64,000 nucleotides of DNA from a virus. Shown one piece after another: positions 1 through 9,906 of the stretch. The notes beneath the pieces are model-generated. The model did not search any database. It saw only the letters and a program-made list of their open reading frames with translations, and was not told the origin of the DNA. Positions within the stretch are counted from its first letter, which is position 1. The number at the start of each line of letters is the position of its first letter. The stretch is from positions 1 to 64,000 of IMG/VR virus record IMGVR_UViG_3300030451_004287; one strand, given 5' to 3'. The position numbers and the translations under genes are program-made.

Positions 1-3000
1 CCAGCATAACCAGCATTACCACTTAAAGCACAATCCCCAAGCATAAGACCACTACCAGACGGATCAGCCAATCTGATGCATTGACCATCAGGATAGGTAA
101 CATCTAATTTATGTGTAGGCGAACTATTACCAATACCAATATTATCTACACTACCATCCGCAAACAATAAATGTTGATCCGTATCACCTTCAACAATAAA
201 ATCTTGATTTGCACCCTCAGGATTCATGGTTATAACAGACTGAGCACCCGCCGCAGGATTGGCCATAAGAATTTTCGTGTTTTGGGCGGCAATAGTTATA
301 TCTCCAAGCAAATCTGTAAAGAATGTATTTCCAAAACTACCTCCTGTATCTCTACTAATACTTAAATGTTTCAGTCCAGCAGTGCCAAGTGTGACACTAG
401 TACCAGTAATAGCCCCAGCTACATTTATACCTCCTACGCCAGTTACCTCTTTAGAGTTAAGATCTAAATTACCTCCAAGCTGAGGAGATGTATCTTCTAC
501 AATATTACTAAGACTGCCACCACCACTAGTAACTCCACTAAATACAATATTGCCAGCTCCGTCTGTGACTAGACTATGTCCAGCCGTACCATCGCCAGTT
601 GGGAATGTATAAGCACCATTAACATTTAAACTATTAATTCTACCAGTACCATGAACATGCAACTTGTGATCTGGAACACCTGTTCCAATACCAATCCTAT
701 TTTCACTAGCATCTATTTTAAATAAATGAGTATCGCTAGTTCCTTCAATTCTAACATCTCTATCTTGAGCATCCTCGTTGTATATAAATCCATCGCTACC
801 AGCTCCAACATCTCTAATTTGTAGTTCTGATGCTGTGGTATTACCTCCTCCACGAATAATAACATGATTACCATCATGGGCGCTAATAAAAGTATGAGTT
901 CCAGCACTTACAATCATATATTCTGAACTATTAGTATGTGCGCTATGTTTCATTCCAGCATAAAGATCACTAGTAGAATACGCACAATCACCAATATGAA
1001 CACCAGTACCACCCTCATCTTCAATCTGCAACCCACACAAACCATCTGGATGAACAACTCTTGCCATACCACTAACATCTAAAGTATGACTAGGAGCACT
1101 ATTATTAATACCAACTCTTTCTGTACCAGCATCTACAAAGAACAAGTGATTATTTCCAGTACCTTCAACTCTAAAGTTTACATCATTACCACCATCGTTT
1201 ACTACAGCTTCTGAAGAAACATTCCAAGCAAAATAATAACCCATTTGGTCAGAACTATAACCACCAAAAGGAACACTACCTTTTTTAATTAAGGCAATAC
1301 TAAGATCACTATTTATAAAATTTTGAGTTCCAGTGCTATATGCAATAACTTGATTCTCACCAATAGGATTATTTAGGGTAACATTACTAAGAGCACCCAA
1401 ACTACTACCTGTAGTCAATACTGTACTATCTATGTTAAACTCTGTACCACTAAGATCTAATCCCGTACCTGCTGTATATTCTGTATTGGTGTCTGTAACT
1501 GTTTCAGTTGCGGTAGCTATTCCTGTGACATGTCCGTTACTGTCTAGCAAAATGTCTTGTATATAAGTTCTGCCAGAATTATCAGAAGAAGAAACAGAAG
1601 TAATATTTGGGTGTGCTGTTAAATATCCAGCATCATTTGTTAATAAGCTAACATTCTCACCAGTAACTAATACATTCGTTAGTGTTCCAGTAACAGAACC
1701 GCCATCTCTGTTTAACACTAGAGATTTATCACCGGTATTAAAAACAATACCTGTTGTAAAAGTATTAGTGTCCGTTACAGTCTCTGTAGCAGTGGTTAGT
1801 CCTGTAACATGACCATTACTATCTAAAAGTATATCTTGGATATATGTTCTACCAGAATTATCACTACTAGACGCTGCTGATATAGAAGTATGATATGTTG
1901 TACCAGAAACTAAAACTCCTTCTAGGTTACCAGTAACAGTAACACTATCATTTCTAGTAAGAACTAAATTATTATTACCACTATTAAATGTTAAGCCTGT
2001 AGCAAAAGTATTAGTGTCAACAGTATCAATTTGCGCTTGTAAAATTCCGGACACACTATTTACAAGACCTGTCGTGGCATAACCAGTATCATTAACAAAT
2101 ATACTAACATTATCTCCACTAGCAGCTTTAGCATTGATAGCATTATAAACATCTGTTTGATTAGAAAGAGTGCCTCCTATTTGACCCCACACAGCAGTAT
2201 CATCTGTTAATTCTATGTATGAACTACCACCCCATCTGTAAGTATCATTATTACTGGTATCTACATAAATAATGCCATTAGTGCCAGCAACAGGAAAATT
2301 TCCTGTTCCGTTATATTCTAAAACATCATCTACATAAGAAGGTAAATTTGATGAATCTATAACACCATCTAATAAAGATACAGGCACGCCACTAATATTA
2401 AATTCTGTACCATTTAAAACCAGCCCTGTACCAGCTGTATACTCAGTATTTGTGTCTACTACAGTTTCTGTTGCAGAAGTAACTCCTGTAATATGTCCAA
2501 AAGAATCTAATAATAAATCTTGTATATACGTTCTTCCACTGTTATCTATAGAAGATATTGCGTCTGTAGATGGATGTGCTGTGAGATATCCAGAAGTACT
2601 ATGGTCGCCCCACCCGTAAGCTGTATTCCATTGATTTGAATTTCCACCGCTAGCGGTTATGGTCCCACTAACATCTAATCTTGTTTGAGGAGCATCTGTT
2701 CCGATACCAACACTATCTTCACTAGCATCTATGTAGAAAACATTGTTTTCATTATCGCCATTGTATTGTAAATCTACATTTGATTTATTAACATTAAATC
2801 TAAAACCTGCATTTGGACCTGAAACATCTCTTAATTCTAGTTTAGTATCCCCGTCATGACCACCAGCACTTAAAGTTAAAGCTTTCGTGTCTTTAGCACT
2901 TACGAACGTAGCACCATCAGTATTAGCCATGATCATGTAGTCATTAACACCATCCATACTACTGTGTCTAAGACCCATTGCACTGCCAACACCAGCAGAA

Positions 3001-4583
3001 TCACTACAAGAACCAACATGCAACTCACCGTTAGTGTTACCGCTGCTTTTAATTATAAATCCACAATGATTATCCATTGTTTCTGTAATAATACCAGATC
3101 CAATAATATTAAAATCACCAGTGCCAGTTATATCATTGGAATTAAGATCTAAATTTCCACCAAGTTGTGGAGAAGTATCTTGAATAAGACTAGTAATATA
3201 TCCTGTGTCGTTACTTAGAAAACTAACATTATCACCACTATGAATAATTCCATTTAGAACTCCTGTTACGCTACCACTATTCCTTGATAGAACCAAAGAA
3301 TGAGTTCCAGAATTGTATGTAATTCCTGTAACAAAAACATTCGTATCAACAACAGTCTCTGTAGCAGTAGACAATCCTGTGACATGACCGTTAGTATCTA
3401 ATAGTATATCTTGAATGTAAGTTCGACCACTGTTATCTGAAGAACTAGCTGCGGTGATACTAGGATGAGCAGTTAAATATCCAGCATCGTTTGTTAAAAA
3501 ACTTACATTGTCTCCGCTATGAATAACATCGCTAAGTATACCGGTAACGCTAACTCCGCTATTCCTTGCTAACACTAAAGCATGCGTAGAAGAATTGTAT
3601 GTGACACCGCTGACAAAAGTAACGCTATTTATATTGGTTTGTAGCACTCCAGACGTAGCAGTAATACTACTTTGCAGAGCTCCAGAAACAGTATTAATGT
3701 TAGTCTGCAAATCGCCGGACACGGTATTTAGCTGTCCTGTTGTGGCATACGAAGCATCGTTTGTTAAAAAACTTACATTGTCTCCGCTATGAATAACATC
3801 GCTAAGTATACCGGTAACGCTAACTCCGCTATTCCTTGCCAACACTAAGGCGTGTGTTGAAGAGGTGTACGTTACTCCTGTAACAAAAGTAACACTATTT
3901 ATATTTGTTTGTAATACTCCAGAAGTAGTATCTATGCTTGTCTGTAAAATTCCAGAAACAGTATTTAGCAAACCTGTCGTAGCGTATATATTATTATCAA
4001 CTGTTCCATTAGCTTTTAAGAAACCAGATTGAGCAGGCACCGAGTATCCACTAGCTCTAATAACTCCACTGACGTCTAATTTATTTTGAGGATTATTTGT
4101 TCCAATACCTACGCGGTCTGTGCTAGCATCAGTAAAGAATAAATTCTGATCTGTGTCTCCTTCTACACGAAAATCAAAATCTCCACCACCATCATTAAAA
4201 GTAATATTATTTAATTCTACTTGTAAACCAACAGTTGGTCCATCTGTTCCTATACCAATTCTATTAAATGTCCCATTACCATCTACATCAAGATTACCGG
4301 TAATATCAACATTACCAGTAAAATTCATATTACCAGCACCGCTAATTCTTTTATTGTTTAGGTCTAAATTACCTCCAAGTTGAGGTGTTGAATCTTCAAC
4401 TACATTTTGTATACCAATACCAGAAATTGTAGACAAACTATTCCATGCTGTGACACCATCACCTATTTTTAAAGTTTTAGTATCTATCGCATATCCGGGT
4501 TCACCACTTGCAAGAACAGGATTAACTCCTGTAAACTCTGCAAAGGTTCCCTTTCTAAATTGTATAAGATTATTCCTAGACAT
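1..4583 (-). CDS. Long tail fibre / receptor-binding protein, runs off the window edge (>1527 codons; not in ORF track)
   Basis: ATG at 4583 reads MSRNNLIQFRKGTFAEFTGVNPVLASGEPGYAIDTKTLKIGDGVTAWNSL (Mtd_N-like fibre N-terminus). The same frame is still coding at base 3 (..GLMLGDCALSGNAGYA). G/T/S/N-rich with internal repeats; not every codon was checked. Confidence 0.85.
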   Translation of the reverse strand, partial: MSRNNLIQFRKGTFAEFTGVNPVLASGEPGYAIDTKTLKIGDGVTAWNSLSTISGIGIQNVVEDSTPQLGGNLDLNNKRISGAGNMNFTGNVDITGNLDVDGNGTFNRIGIGTDGPTVGLQVELNNITFNDGGGDFDFRVEGDTDQNLFFTDASTDRVGIGTNNPQNKLDVSGVIRASGYSVPAQSGFLKANGTVDNNIYATTGLLNTVSGILQTSIDTTSGVLQTNINSVTFVTGVTYTSSTHALVLARNSGVSVTGILSDVIHSGDNVSFLTNDASYATTGQLNTVSGDLQTNINTVSGALQSSITATSGVLQTNINSVTFVSGVTYNSSTHALVLARNSGVSVTGILSDVIHSGDNVSFLTNDAGYLTAHPSITAASSSDNSGRTYIQDILLDTNGHVTGLSTATETVVDTNVFVTGITYNSGTHSLVLSRNSGSVTGVLNGIIHSGDNVSFLSNDTGYITSLIQDTSPQLGGNLDLNSNDITGTGDFNIIGSGIITETMDNHCGFIIKSSGNTNGELHVGSCSDSAGVGSAMGLRHSSMDGVNDYMIMANTDGATFVSAKDTKALTLSAGGHDGDTKLELRDVSGPNAGFRFNVNKSNVDLQYNGDNENNVFYIDASEDSVGIGTDAPQTRLDVSGTITASGGNSNQWNTAYGWGDHSTSGYLTAHPSTDAISSIDNSGRTYIQDLLLDSFGHITGVTSATETVVDTNTEYTAGTGLVLNGTEFNISGVPVSLLDGVIDSSNLPSYVDDVLEYNGTGNFPVAGTNGIIYVDTSNNDTYRWGGSSYIELTDDTAVWGQIGGTLSNQTDVYNAINAKAASGDNVSIFVNDTGYATTGLVNSVSGILQAQIDTVDTNTFATGLTFNSGNNNLVLTRNDSVTVTGNLEGVLVSGTTYHTSISAASSSDNSGRTYIQDILLDSNGHVTGLTTATETVTDTNTFTTGIVFNTGDKSLVLNRDGGSVTGTLTNVLVTGENVSLLTNDAGYLTAHPNITSVSSSDNSGRTYIQDILLDSNGHVTGIATATETVTDTNTEYTAGTGLDLSGTEFNIDSTVLTTGSSLGALSNVTLNNPIGENQVIAYSTGTQNFINSDLSIALIKKGSVPFGGYSSDQMGYYFAWNVSSEAVVNDGGNDVNFRVEGTGNNHLFFVDAGTERVGINNSAPSHTLDVSGMARVVHPDGLCGLQIEDEGGTGVHIGDCAYSTSDLYAGMKHSAHTNSSEYMIVSAGTHTFISAHDGNHVIIRGGGNTTASELQIRDVGAGSDGFIYNEDAQDRDVRIEGTSDTHLFKIDASENRIGIGTGVPDHKLHVHGTGRINSLNVNGAYTFPTGDGTAGHSLVTDGAGNIVFSGVTSGGGSLSNIVEDTSPQLGGNLDLNSKEVTGVGGINVAGAITGTSVTLGTAGLKHLSISRDTGGSFGNTFFTDLLGDITIAAQNTKILMANPAAGAQSVITMNPEGANQDFIVEGDTDQHLLFADGSVDNIGIGNSSPTHKLDVTYPDGQCIRLADPSGSGLMLGDCALSGNAGYA
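3483..3839. repeat. 87-bp identical direct repeat (3483-3569 / 3753-3839, offset 270 bp) inside the fibre gene
   Basis: Direct sequence comparison; the offset is a multiple of 3. Confidence 0.9.
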
Positions 4584-4595
4584 TAAATTTCCTTT

Positions 4596-5921
4596 TTATG
4601 GACTACCTCCATCCACTCGACAGTTGTTTAGATTAAAGTGTGAAATTATATATGAAGCATTAGGTATTCCAAGACTTAATGTTGGAGATCCTGTAATAAA
4701 AATACCACTAATACCACTAGCAAACAACATGTCGCTACTTGCATTAAAAGAAAGAGTAGTCGTATCCGTAAATAAAGAGGCAGGACTACCAGTTCCACTA
4801 GCTAATACAACATTATAAGTAGCGTCATCACTAACTGTTGATAAAGCTACCTGAGTTGCATCAGCTGCAGCACCTGATAAAGCACCAATAAAAGTAGTTG
4901 CAGATAAAGCGTTTGTTGTAGTATTATATAATAATCCACTGCCATCATGAAATACATCTTTATTTAATCCAGTAGCTGTATTATTAACTAATAAAACTGG
5001 AGCTTGTGTAGATGCTGTTGTAACACCACTTATAAATAGTTGGGTTGCACTATTAGCATTACCACTTACACTACCCACCAAACTTCCACTAACTACACCG
5101 CTAAGATTACCAACAAATGTCCTTGCTTGAAGAGTAGCACTACCCGGATCACCAGAACCACTACTAAATATAAATCTATCACTATTTTCATTCCAAAGCA
5201 TTGAGGCGTACCCAGAAGGACTAGTTCCGGATCTAAATACTTGAATACCTCCACTAGCAACAGCCTCAGTAACATTAACAGTAATAATATTATCACCAAT
5301 ATTTACATTAGTACTATTAGCTGTAATACTAGAACCTTGTACTGTCAAATTACCTTGAATTGTCGCGTTGTTTTGAACTGTTAAATTATTTCCTAAAACC
5401 AAATCACCATTACTCTCAAATAACGGAACACCGCTAGTATTAATAGTTAAAGCATCATCAATAGCGTTATAATTTAAATTAATTCCAGTTCCACCCAAAA
5501 CCTCTGTTGTTAAGACATTTCTAACACCAGTTGCAAAACCAACTACGTTTCCAGTGCTTAATGTAGCAACATCAAAAGAAATCGTATTTGTTGATGGTGT
5601 AGCTACAATTCTTAAAGGAGCAATTCCAGTAAGATTTACAGTATCTCCTGAGCCACTAGCCTCTACTGTTAAACCACCTATACCTGTGACATTAATAAAT
5701 TTAAAAGCGTCCGTTACAGTGCCTGCACCGCCCCCACCAGTAGATACTGCACCAGTGCCTATAACATATGGTAGGCTAAGATAAGCTGTGCTACCATCAC
5801 CAATTTTACCTCTTTTGGTATCTGTTTCATATCCAATTTCACCACCAGCTAGAGTAGGATTTATACCACTCCAGTCACTGAGAACTCCTCGTCTTACTTG
5901 AATAATTGAATTAGCACCCAT
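4596..5921 (-). CDS. Tail fibre-like protein with Mtd_N-like N-terminus
   Basis: IQVRRG..W...NPTLAGGEIGYETDT..GKIGDG motif; G/S/T-rich. The ATG at 5921 overlaps the upstream stop (TAATG). Confidence 0.8.
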   Translation of the reverse strand: MGANSIIQVRRGVLSDWSGINPTLAGGEIGYETDTKRGKIGDGSTAYLSLPYVIGTGAVSTGGGGAGTVTDAFKFINVTGIGGLTVEASGSGDTVNLTGIAPLRIVATPSTNTISFDVATLSTGNVVGFATGVRNVLTTEVLGGTGINLNYNAIDDALTINTSGVPLFESNGDLVLGNNLTVQNNATIQGNLTVQGSSITANSTNVNIGDNIITVNVTEAVASGGIQVFRSGTSPSGYASMLWNENSDRFIFSSGSGDPGSATLQARTFVGNLSGVVSGSLVGSVSGNANSATQLFISGVTTASTQAPVLLVNNTATGLNKDVFHDGSGLLYNTTTNALSATTFIGALSGAAADATQVALSTVSDDATYNVVLASGTGSPASLFTDTTTLSFNASSDMLFASGISGIFITGSPTLSLGIPNASYIISHFNLNNCRVDGGSP

Positions 5922-6292
5922 TATGCACATACTCCAGTGATTTGTGGACCACCACAGTCTAGTCTGTAGCAGTAATCATAGTCTAAATAGTTTTGTAAAC
6001 CTTCTATTCTTAAAACGTTTATTGTACCTAAAAAATCAACATTATTAATAATATCTACATTAACATCTTGTGATACTTCTAAATCTATTATATTTGTAGC
6101 TGTTCTAATAACATCTGTTTCTATCTGTAAATTTTTAGTTGTTGAGTCTATATTACTATCAAAAATATTTTCAATAATATCTACATTTCTAACACCTGTA
6201 GTTTCTATGGTACTCTCAAGTGATGTGCCAAAAGTTGTTGATACAGAAATAATGTTAGTATCTGGATCTGGTAATTCGATTGCAAAACCCAT
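5921..6292 (-). CDS. Hypothetical virion protein
   Basis: 123-aa ORF coupled in the structural operon; LDCGG near the C-terminus resembles the neighbour's DGG tail. Confidence 0.6.
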   Translation of the reverse strand: MGFAIELPDPDTNIISVSTTFGTSLESTIETTGVRNVDIIENIFDSNIDSTTKNLQIETDVIRTATNIIDLEVSQDVNVDIINNVDFLGTINVLRIEGLQNYLDYDYCYRLDCGGPQITGVCA

Positions 6293-6296
6293 AATA

Positions 6297-6710
6297 CTAT
6301 CCCGTTGGACAAGACAATAAAGTAGTAGATTTACTATAACGTTTAGTTAAATTAATATTTCCAAATAAAATTCTTAAAACCTCTTTACCTCCACCACTAT
6401 ACAAATCACTTGGCGTTTGTAGCTCTAAATCGTATTTAGCACTAGAAAAACTAAATCCATTTGTTGTGCTTGCAGGTAAAAAGAAGGTTAATTTACCATC
6501 AGAAGTAGGAGTGTTGATTTCAAATTTATAAGTTGAATAATCACTATTTTCTGTAGTAAAAGACTGAGCTTGATTTAAATTCGTATTCCAACTTAATCTA
6601 GCGCAATAACCACTTAAATTAATAGGATTAGAATTAGAATCTTTATAAATTAACTGTAATTTAAAAGAAGATCCTTGTTCGATTTTAAAATCGTATTGAC
6701 TGGCTGCCAT
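6297..6710 (-). CDS. Virion / baseplate-upper (BppU-N-like) protein
   Basis: IEQGSSF..L.YKD....I.LSGY.AR and AKYDLEL pattern; lies before the fibre genes. Confidence 0.55.
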   Translation of the reverse strand: MAASQYDFKIEQGSSFKLQLIYKDSNSNPINLSGYCARLSWNTNLNQAQSFTTENSDYSTYKFEINTPTSDGKLTFFLPASTTNGFSFSSAKYDLELQTPSDLYSGGGKEVLRILFGNINLTKRYSKSTTLLSCPTG

Positions 6711-6765
6711 AAGTATTTACCTCTGTGGTTATAATCCTACATAGAAAGTATACACCTAATATATA

Positions 6766-6793
6766 AAAAAAGGGCCGGGAAAACCCAGCCCTT
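6766..6793 (-). terminator. Rho-independent terminator after the major capsid gene
   Basis: Minus strand AAGGGCTGGG-TTTT-CCCGGCCCTTTTTT. Confidence 0.8.
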
Positions 6794-6820
6794 TCATAAC
6801 CCATGATCTATAATTATTGA

Positions 6821-7831
6821 TTATAGAGTACCGAGTAGTACGCGACGGTTGTCGAGTACCGCGAAACCTTGCTCCGCGTAACCATAGAAACCAGCTCTCT
6901 TCTGACGATGGAGGGTGTCGTCTTCGAAGATCTGTACTTCTTCGCGGATTGGCATGATAAACGAATCACGCTTACGAAGGTCAAGGCCCACCACAAGCTC
7001 TTGATCACTTCCAATGTTACCGCCTAAGGTGCCAGTAAAGAATAACTGGTATTCTTGATCAACACCCAACTCGTCAAGATCATGGAGATTTACGCCAAAG
7101 ACCCGATTGACGGATGCCCCACCGTCATCAGCAACGTAAATTTCACGACGAGTAACCTCATCAACCTGATCAACACCCCAGTTGCGAAGATCTTCCATAG
7201 CTTCTGGTGAAACATAAAGATCTGTCAACTGACCGCGATTGTTGCTAGTCGAGTTTCCACCACCATTACGTCGCATAACAGTCTTCATAAGACTAACAAG
7301 ACGCTTGGTAAACTGACCAGCAGTTGCATCACCATCAAATACTACGATGTTACGATCAACACCAGCAGAAATGACTGTATGCCACCCGTCATCATTCATC
7401 TTCTTGACGAACGATTGCTCTAATACTTCCATGGCACGACCAACAACGTCCCAACGAGCGTCACGAGCATACTTTAAGAGATAGTCGATGCTAGCACCGA
7501 TATCAAAAGTAGGAACCATGACGTAATCGCCTTCGACGTGTCGTTCTGGCACATAACCATGATTAGGAATTGTGTAAGCCACAAAATCCTTTTCATTACC
7601 CGGGGTAAGGAAATCAAGTGGAAATTCTGGAGTAGCACCCGGAGCAAGTTTAATTGCTTCGAAGATACCATCAAGAATATTACCACTGAGAACACCTTGA
7701 CGAAGAGGAAGCTCTAATGCCTTGGCAAATTCTGCAGAAGCTGCTAAAGACTCCTCTTTTCTTGATGAACCTGAACGGACCAAAAGATCGGTCAATTCTG
7801 GAGTTGGTTCGAAAACTTTAGTATCTGACAT
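6821..7831 (-). CDS. Major capsid protein (probable HK97 fold)
   Basis: 336 aa; order portal-protease/scaffold-decoration-MCP; higher-GC codon usage; followed by a terminator. Confidence 0.8.
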   Translation of the reverse strand: MSDTKVFEPTPELTDLLVRSGSSRKEESLAASAEFAKALELPLRQGVLSGNILDGIFEAIKLAPGATPEFPLDFLTPGNEKDFVAYTIPNHGYVPERHVEGDYVMVPTFDIGASIDYLLKYARDARWDVVGRAMEVLEQSFVKKMNDDGWHTVISAGVDRNIVVFDGDATAGQFTKRLVSLMKTVMRRNGGGNSTSNNRGQLTDLYVSPEAMEDLRNWGVDQVDEVTRREIYVADDGGASVNRVFGVNLHDLDELGVDQEYQLFFTGTLGGNIGSDQELVVGLDLRKRDSFIMPIREEVQIFEDDTLHRQKRAGFYGYAEQGFAVLDNRRVLLGTL

Positions 7832-7848
7832 TTATTATCTTCCTTTCA

Positions 7849-8343
7849 TTAAGCGATGTTGATAGCAATTTTGCAGAAACCATTGGCGTCCTCTTTACTT
7901 AAGAAGCGGCCAACCTGATACATGTTATTCTCATCCGCTGTGTCAGCATCGTCCGTAGGAGTACTGGTGAAAAGTCCAGTGCCTCCGAGGTACGCTACAT
8001 CACCAGCAGCTGGTGTGACGTCTGTCGCAATTTTATCTGTAGTAATCTGACCAACTTGAAGTAGAGTCACTTTGCTACCACCTTGAACTTCGTCCTTGTG
8101 ATAGTTAATGTGCTGCCTTGTAAGATCAAGGTTAACAACATCGTTTAACAAAACGCCAACTGGCTTAGAACCACTAGCTGTCGTTGCATAAACAACTTTA
8201 GCTGCTGCGTCATCCATAGATACGCCACTTCCACCACCACTAATCGAGGCGATACCGCCACGCTCAATGGTTGAGGCAGTTGCATTATCCATGAAGAATG
8301 AAACATCTGTTTGTGTTTCGATACGATCTGCTTTAAGAGCCAT
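7849..8343 (-). CDS. Capsid decoration / cement protein
   Basis: 164 aa between scaffold and MCP; P.GVLLNDVV and VGRFLS..DA.GF.K..IN pattern. Confidence 0.65.
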   Translation of the reverse strand: MALKADRIETQTDVSFFMDNATASTIERGGIASISGGGSGVSMDDAAAKVVYATTASGSKPVGVLLNDVVNLDLTRQHINYHKDEVQGGSKVTLLQVGQITTDKIATDVTPAAGDVAYLGGTGLFTSTPTDDADTADENNMYQVGRFLSKEDANGFCKIAINIA

Positions 8344-8356
8344 GTTTATTTTCTCC

Positions 8357-9889
8357 TTAATTAGTAACTTGAAGTCTAGACTTTACAAAATCAATCAAAG
8401 CTGCTCGTGTACTCTGTAATTCTGCCTCTGCAGAATCTTCGCTAACAGCAAGGTTTACATCGTCATCGACTTCGACCTGCTCCAAAATTTCTGCATCTGC
8501 AACGGACTCTTCAGCTTTGTCTTCATCATCATGCTTTTTAGCTTCTTCTTCGTCGTGCTTTTCAGCTTCGACTTCTGCTTCTTCTTCTTCGTCGTGCTTC
8601 TTTGCTTCTTCCTCTTCAGGTTTAGCATACTTTTTCATTAAAGCAACAACTGAAGCGAACTGCTCATCAGAAAGAGCTAATAAAGCTTCTGTATCTTCTT
8701 CGGCCACACCAGCATCAGCGAGTTCTGACATGCGAGCTTCAAGAGCAGCAGCTTCTTCAGCCTTAAGCTTCTCTTCTTTCATAGCTGCAAGTTCTTCTTT
8801 AACTCTTGCTAGTTCTTCTTTCATAGCTTCGACCATTTTGGCTTCTTCTTCTTCAGTAGCCTCAGCTTCTTTCTTGGCCTTTTCTTCTTCTTCTTCTTTC
8901 TTAGCCTGCTCCATAACGCGGGCCTTCTCTTCTTCGTCCTTCTTTTCAGCTTCAGCTTTAAGAGCTTCTACCTGTTTTTGAAGTTCACTTGCCTTAGCTT
9001 GACTCTCAACGAAAGAGTCAAATTTCTTCTCAAGTGATTCTACTGATGTTTCTTGGCTCATAATTAATTTCTCCGACTTAGTTGAAATGAGGTTATTATC
9101 TACTACACCTTTTTCTTCAGAAACTGTGTTTTTTTCTGCGGCAAAACTATCCAGCATACTCTTAGTAAAAATTATACTATTATCATTTGCTGGCTTGTCA
9201 ACAAAACCTTTACCACTAAAAGTAATATTTCTTAATACTCTACCAATTTTATAATTTTCATATTCACCTTTACCACCGTATGCTTTTAAGTATTTTGTAA
9301 GATAAGCACTTTCGTTATCTCTACCTAATATCTTATAATCACCAGTGGATTTATCTATCAGTCCATAATCAAAATCATTAAAAAAGCACTCCATACTAAC
9401 ATACTTTGTGCCATTTTCTATTTCTGCGACTAATTTCGTGGCTCTCTCTTTTAAATCATCTTGTGTAAAGCCTAAATATATTACAGAACCTGTTAAGATA
9501 TGGAATTTTTCTGGAAGATCGCTTTCACTAGTTTCTGGATCGATGAGTTTACCATCATCGGTGATCGGTTGATTTGATGTAATGTGTCCTATAATAACAT
9601 TTTCGTCATGTTCAAGATTTGTCGGTTTATCTTCAGGAGTATCCTTAGCTTTCCATATTTCTGCTCCATCAAACACATCATCATTTTTATTCCAGTTGCT
9701 TGTCACCAGAATAGATTGAACGTAATATAAGTCTCTGTCTTTTATACCAGCAATAGTTTTATCTGTTTTTAAGCTTTGTATAACGAAATCTTGATTGCAA
9801 GGTTCAACATGACTAGCGTAACTAATACATCTAGATGCTAAAACTTTAGGATCAATTCCGTCATCTTTTTCTTGGTCATAAATAATCAT
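8357..9889 (-). CDS. Prohead protease fused to an acidic coiled-coil scaffold
   Basis: N.NDD.F, N.EH...IIGHI, VSMEC, G.V.KPA motifs followed by an E/K/A-rich C-terminal half. Confidence 0.75.
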   Translation of the reverse strand: MIIYDQEKDDGIDPKVLASRCISYASHVEPCNQDFVIQSLKTDKTIAGIKDRDLYYVQSILVTSNWNKNDDVFDGAEIWKAKDTPEDKPTNLEHDENVIIGHITSNQPITDDGKLIDPETSESDLPEKFHILTGSVIYLGFTQDDLKERATKLVAEIENGTKYVSMECFFNDFDYGLIDKSTGDYKILGRDNESAYLTKYLKAYGGKGEYENYKIGRVLRNITFSGKGFVDKPANDNSIIFTKSMLDSFAAEKNTVSEEKGVVDNNLISTKSEKLIMSQETSVESLEKKFDSFVESQAKASELQKQVEALKAEAEKKDEEEKARVMEQAKKEEEEEKAKKEAEATEEEEAKMVEAMKEELARVKEELAAMKEEKLKAEEAAALEARMSELADAGVAEEDTEALLALSDEQFASVVALMKKYAKPEEEEAKKHDEEEEAEVEAEKHDEEEAKKHDDEDKAEESVADAEILEQVEVDDDVNLAVSEDSAEAELQSTRAALIDFVKSRLQVTN

Positions 9890-9906
9890 AGTGTACCTCT
9901 AGAGAA

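Noticed and set aside
4400-5921. Diversity-generating retroelement suggested by Mtd_N-like domains
   Set aside because: No reverse transcriptase and no adenine-variable repeat pair seen; the 87-bp repeat is identical
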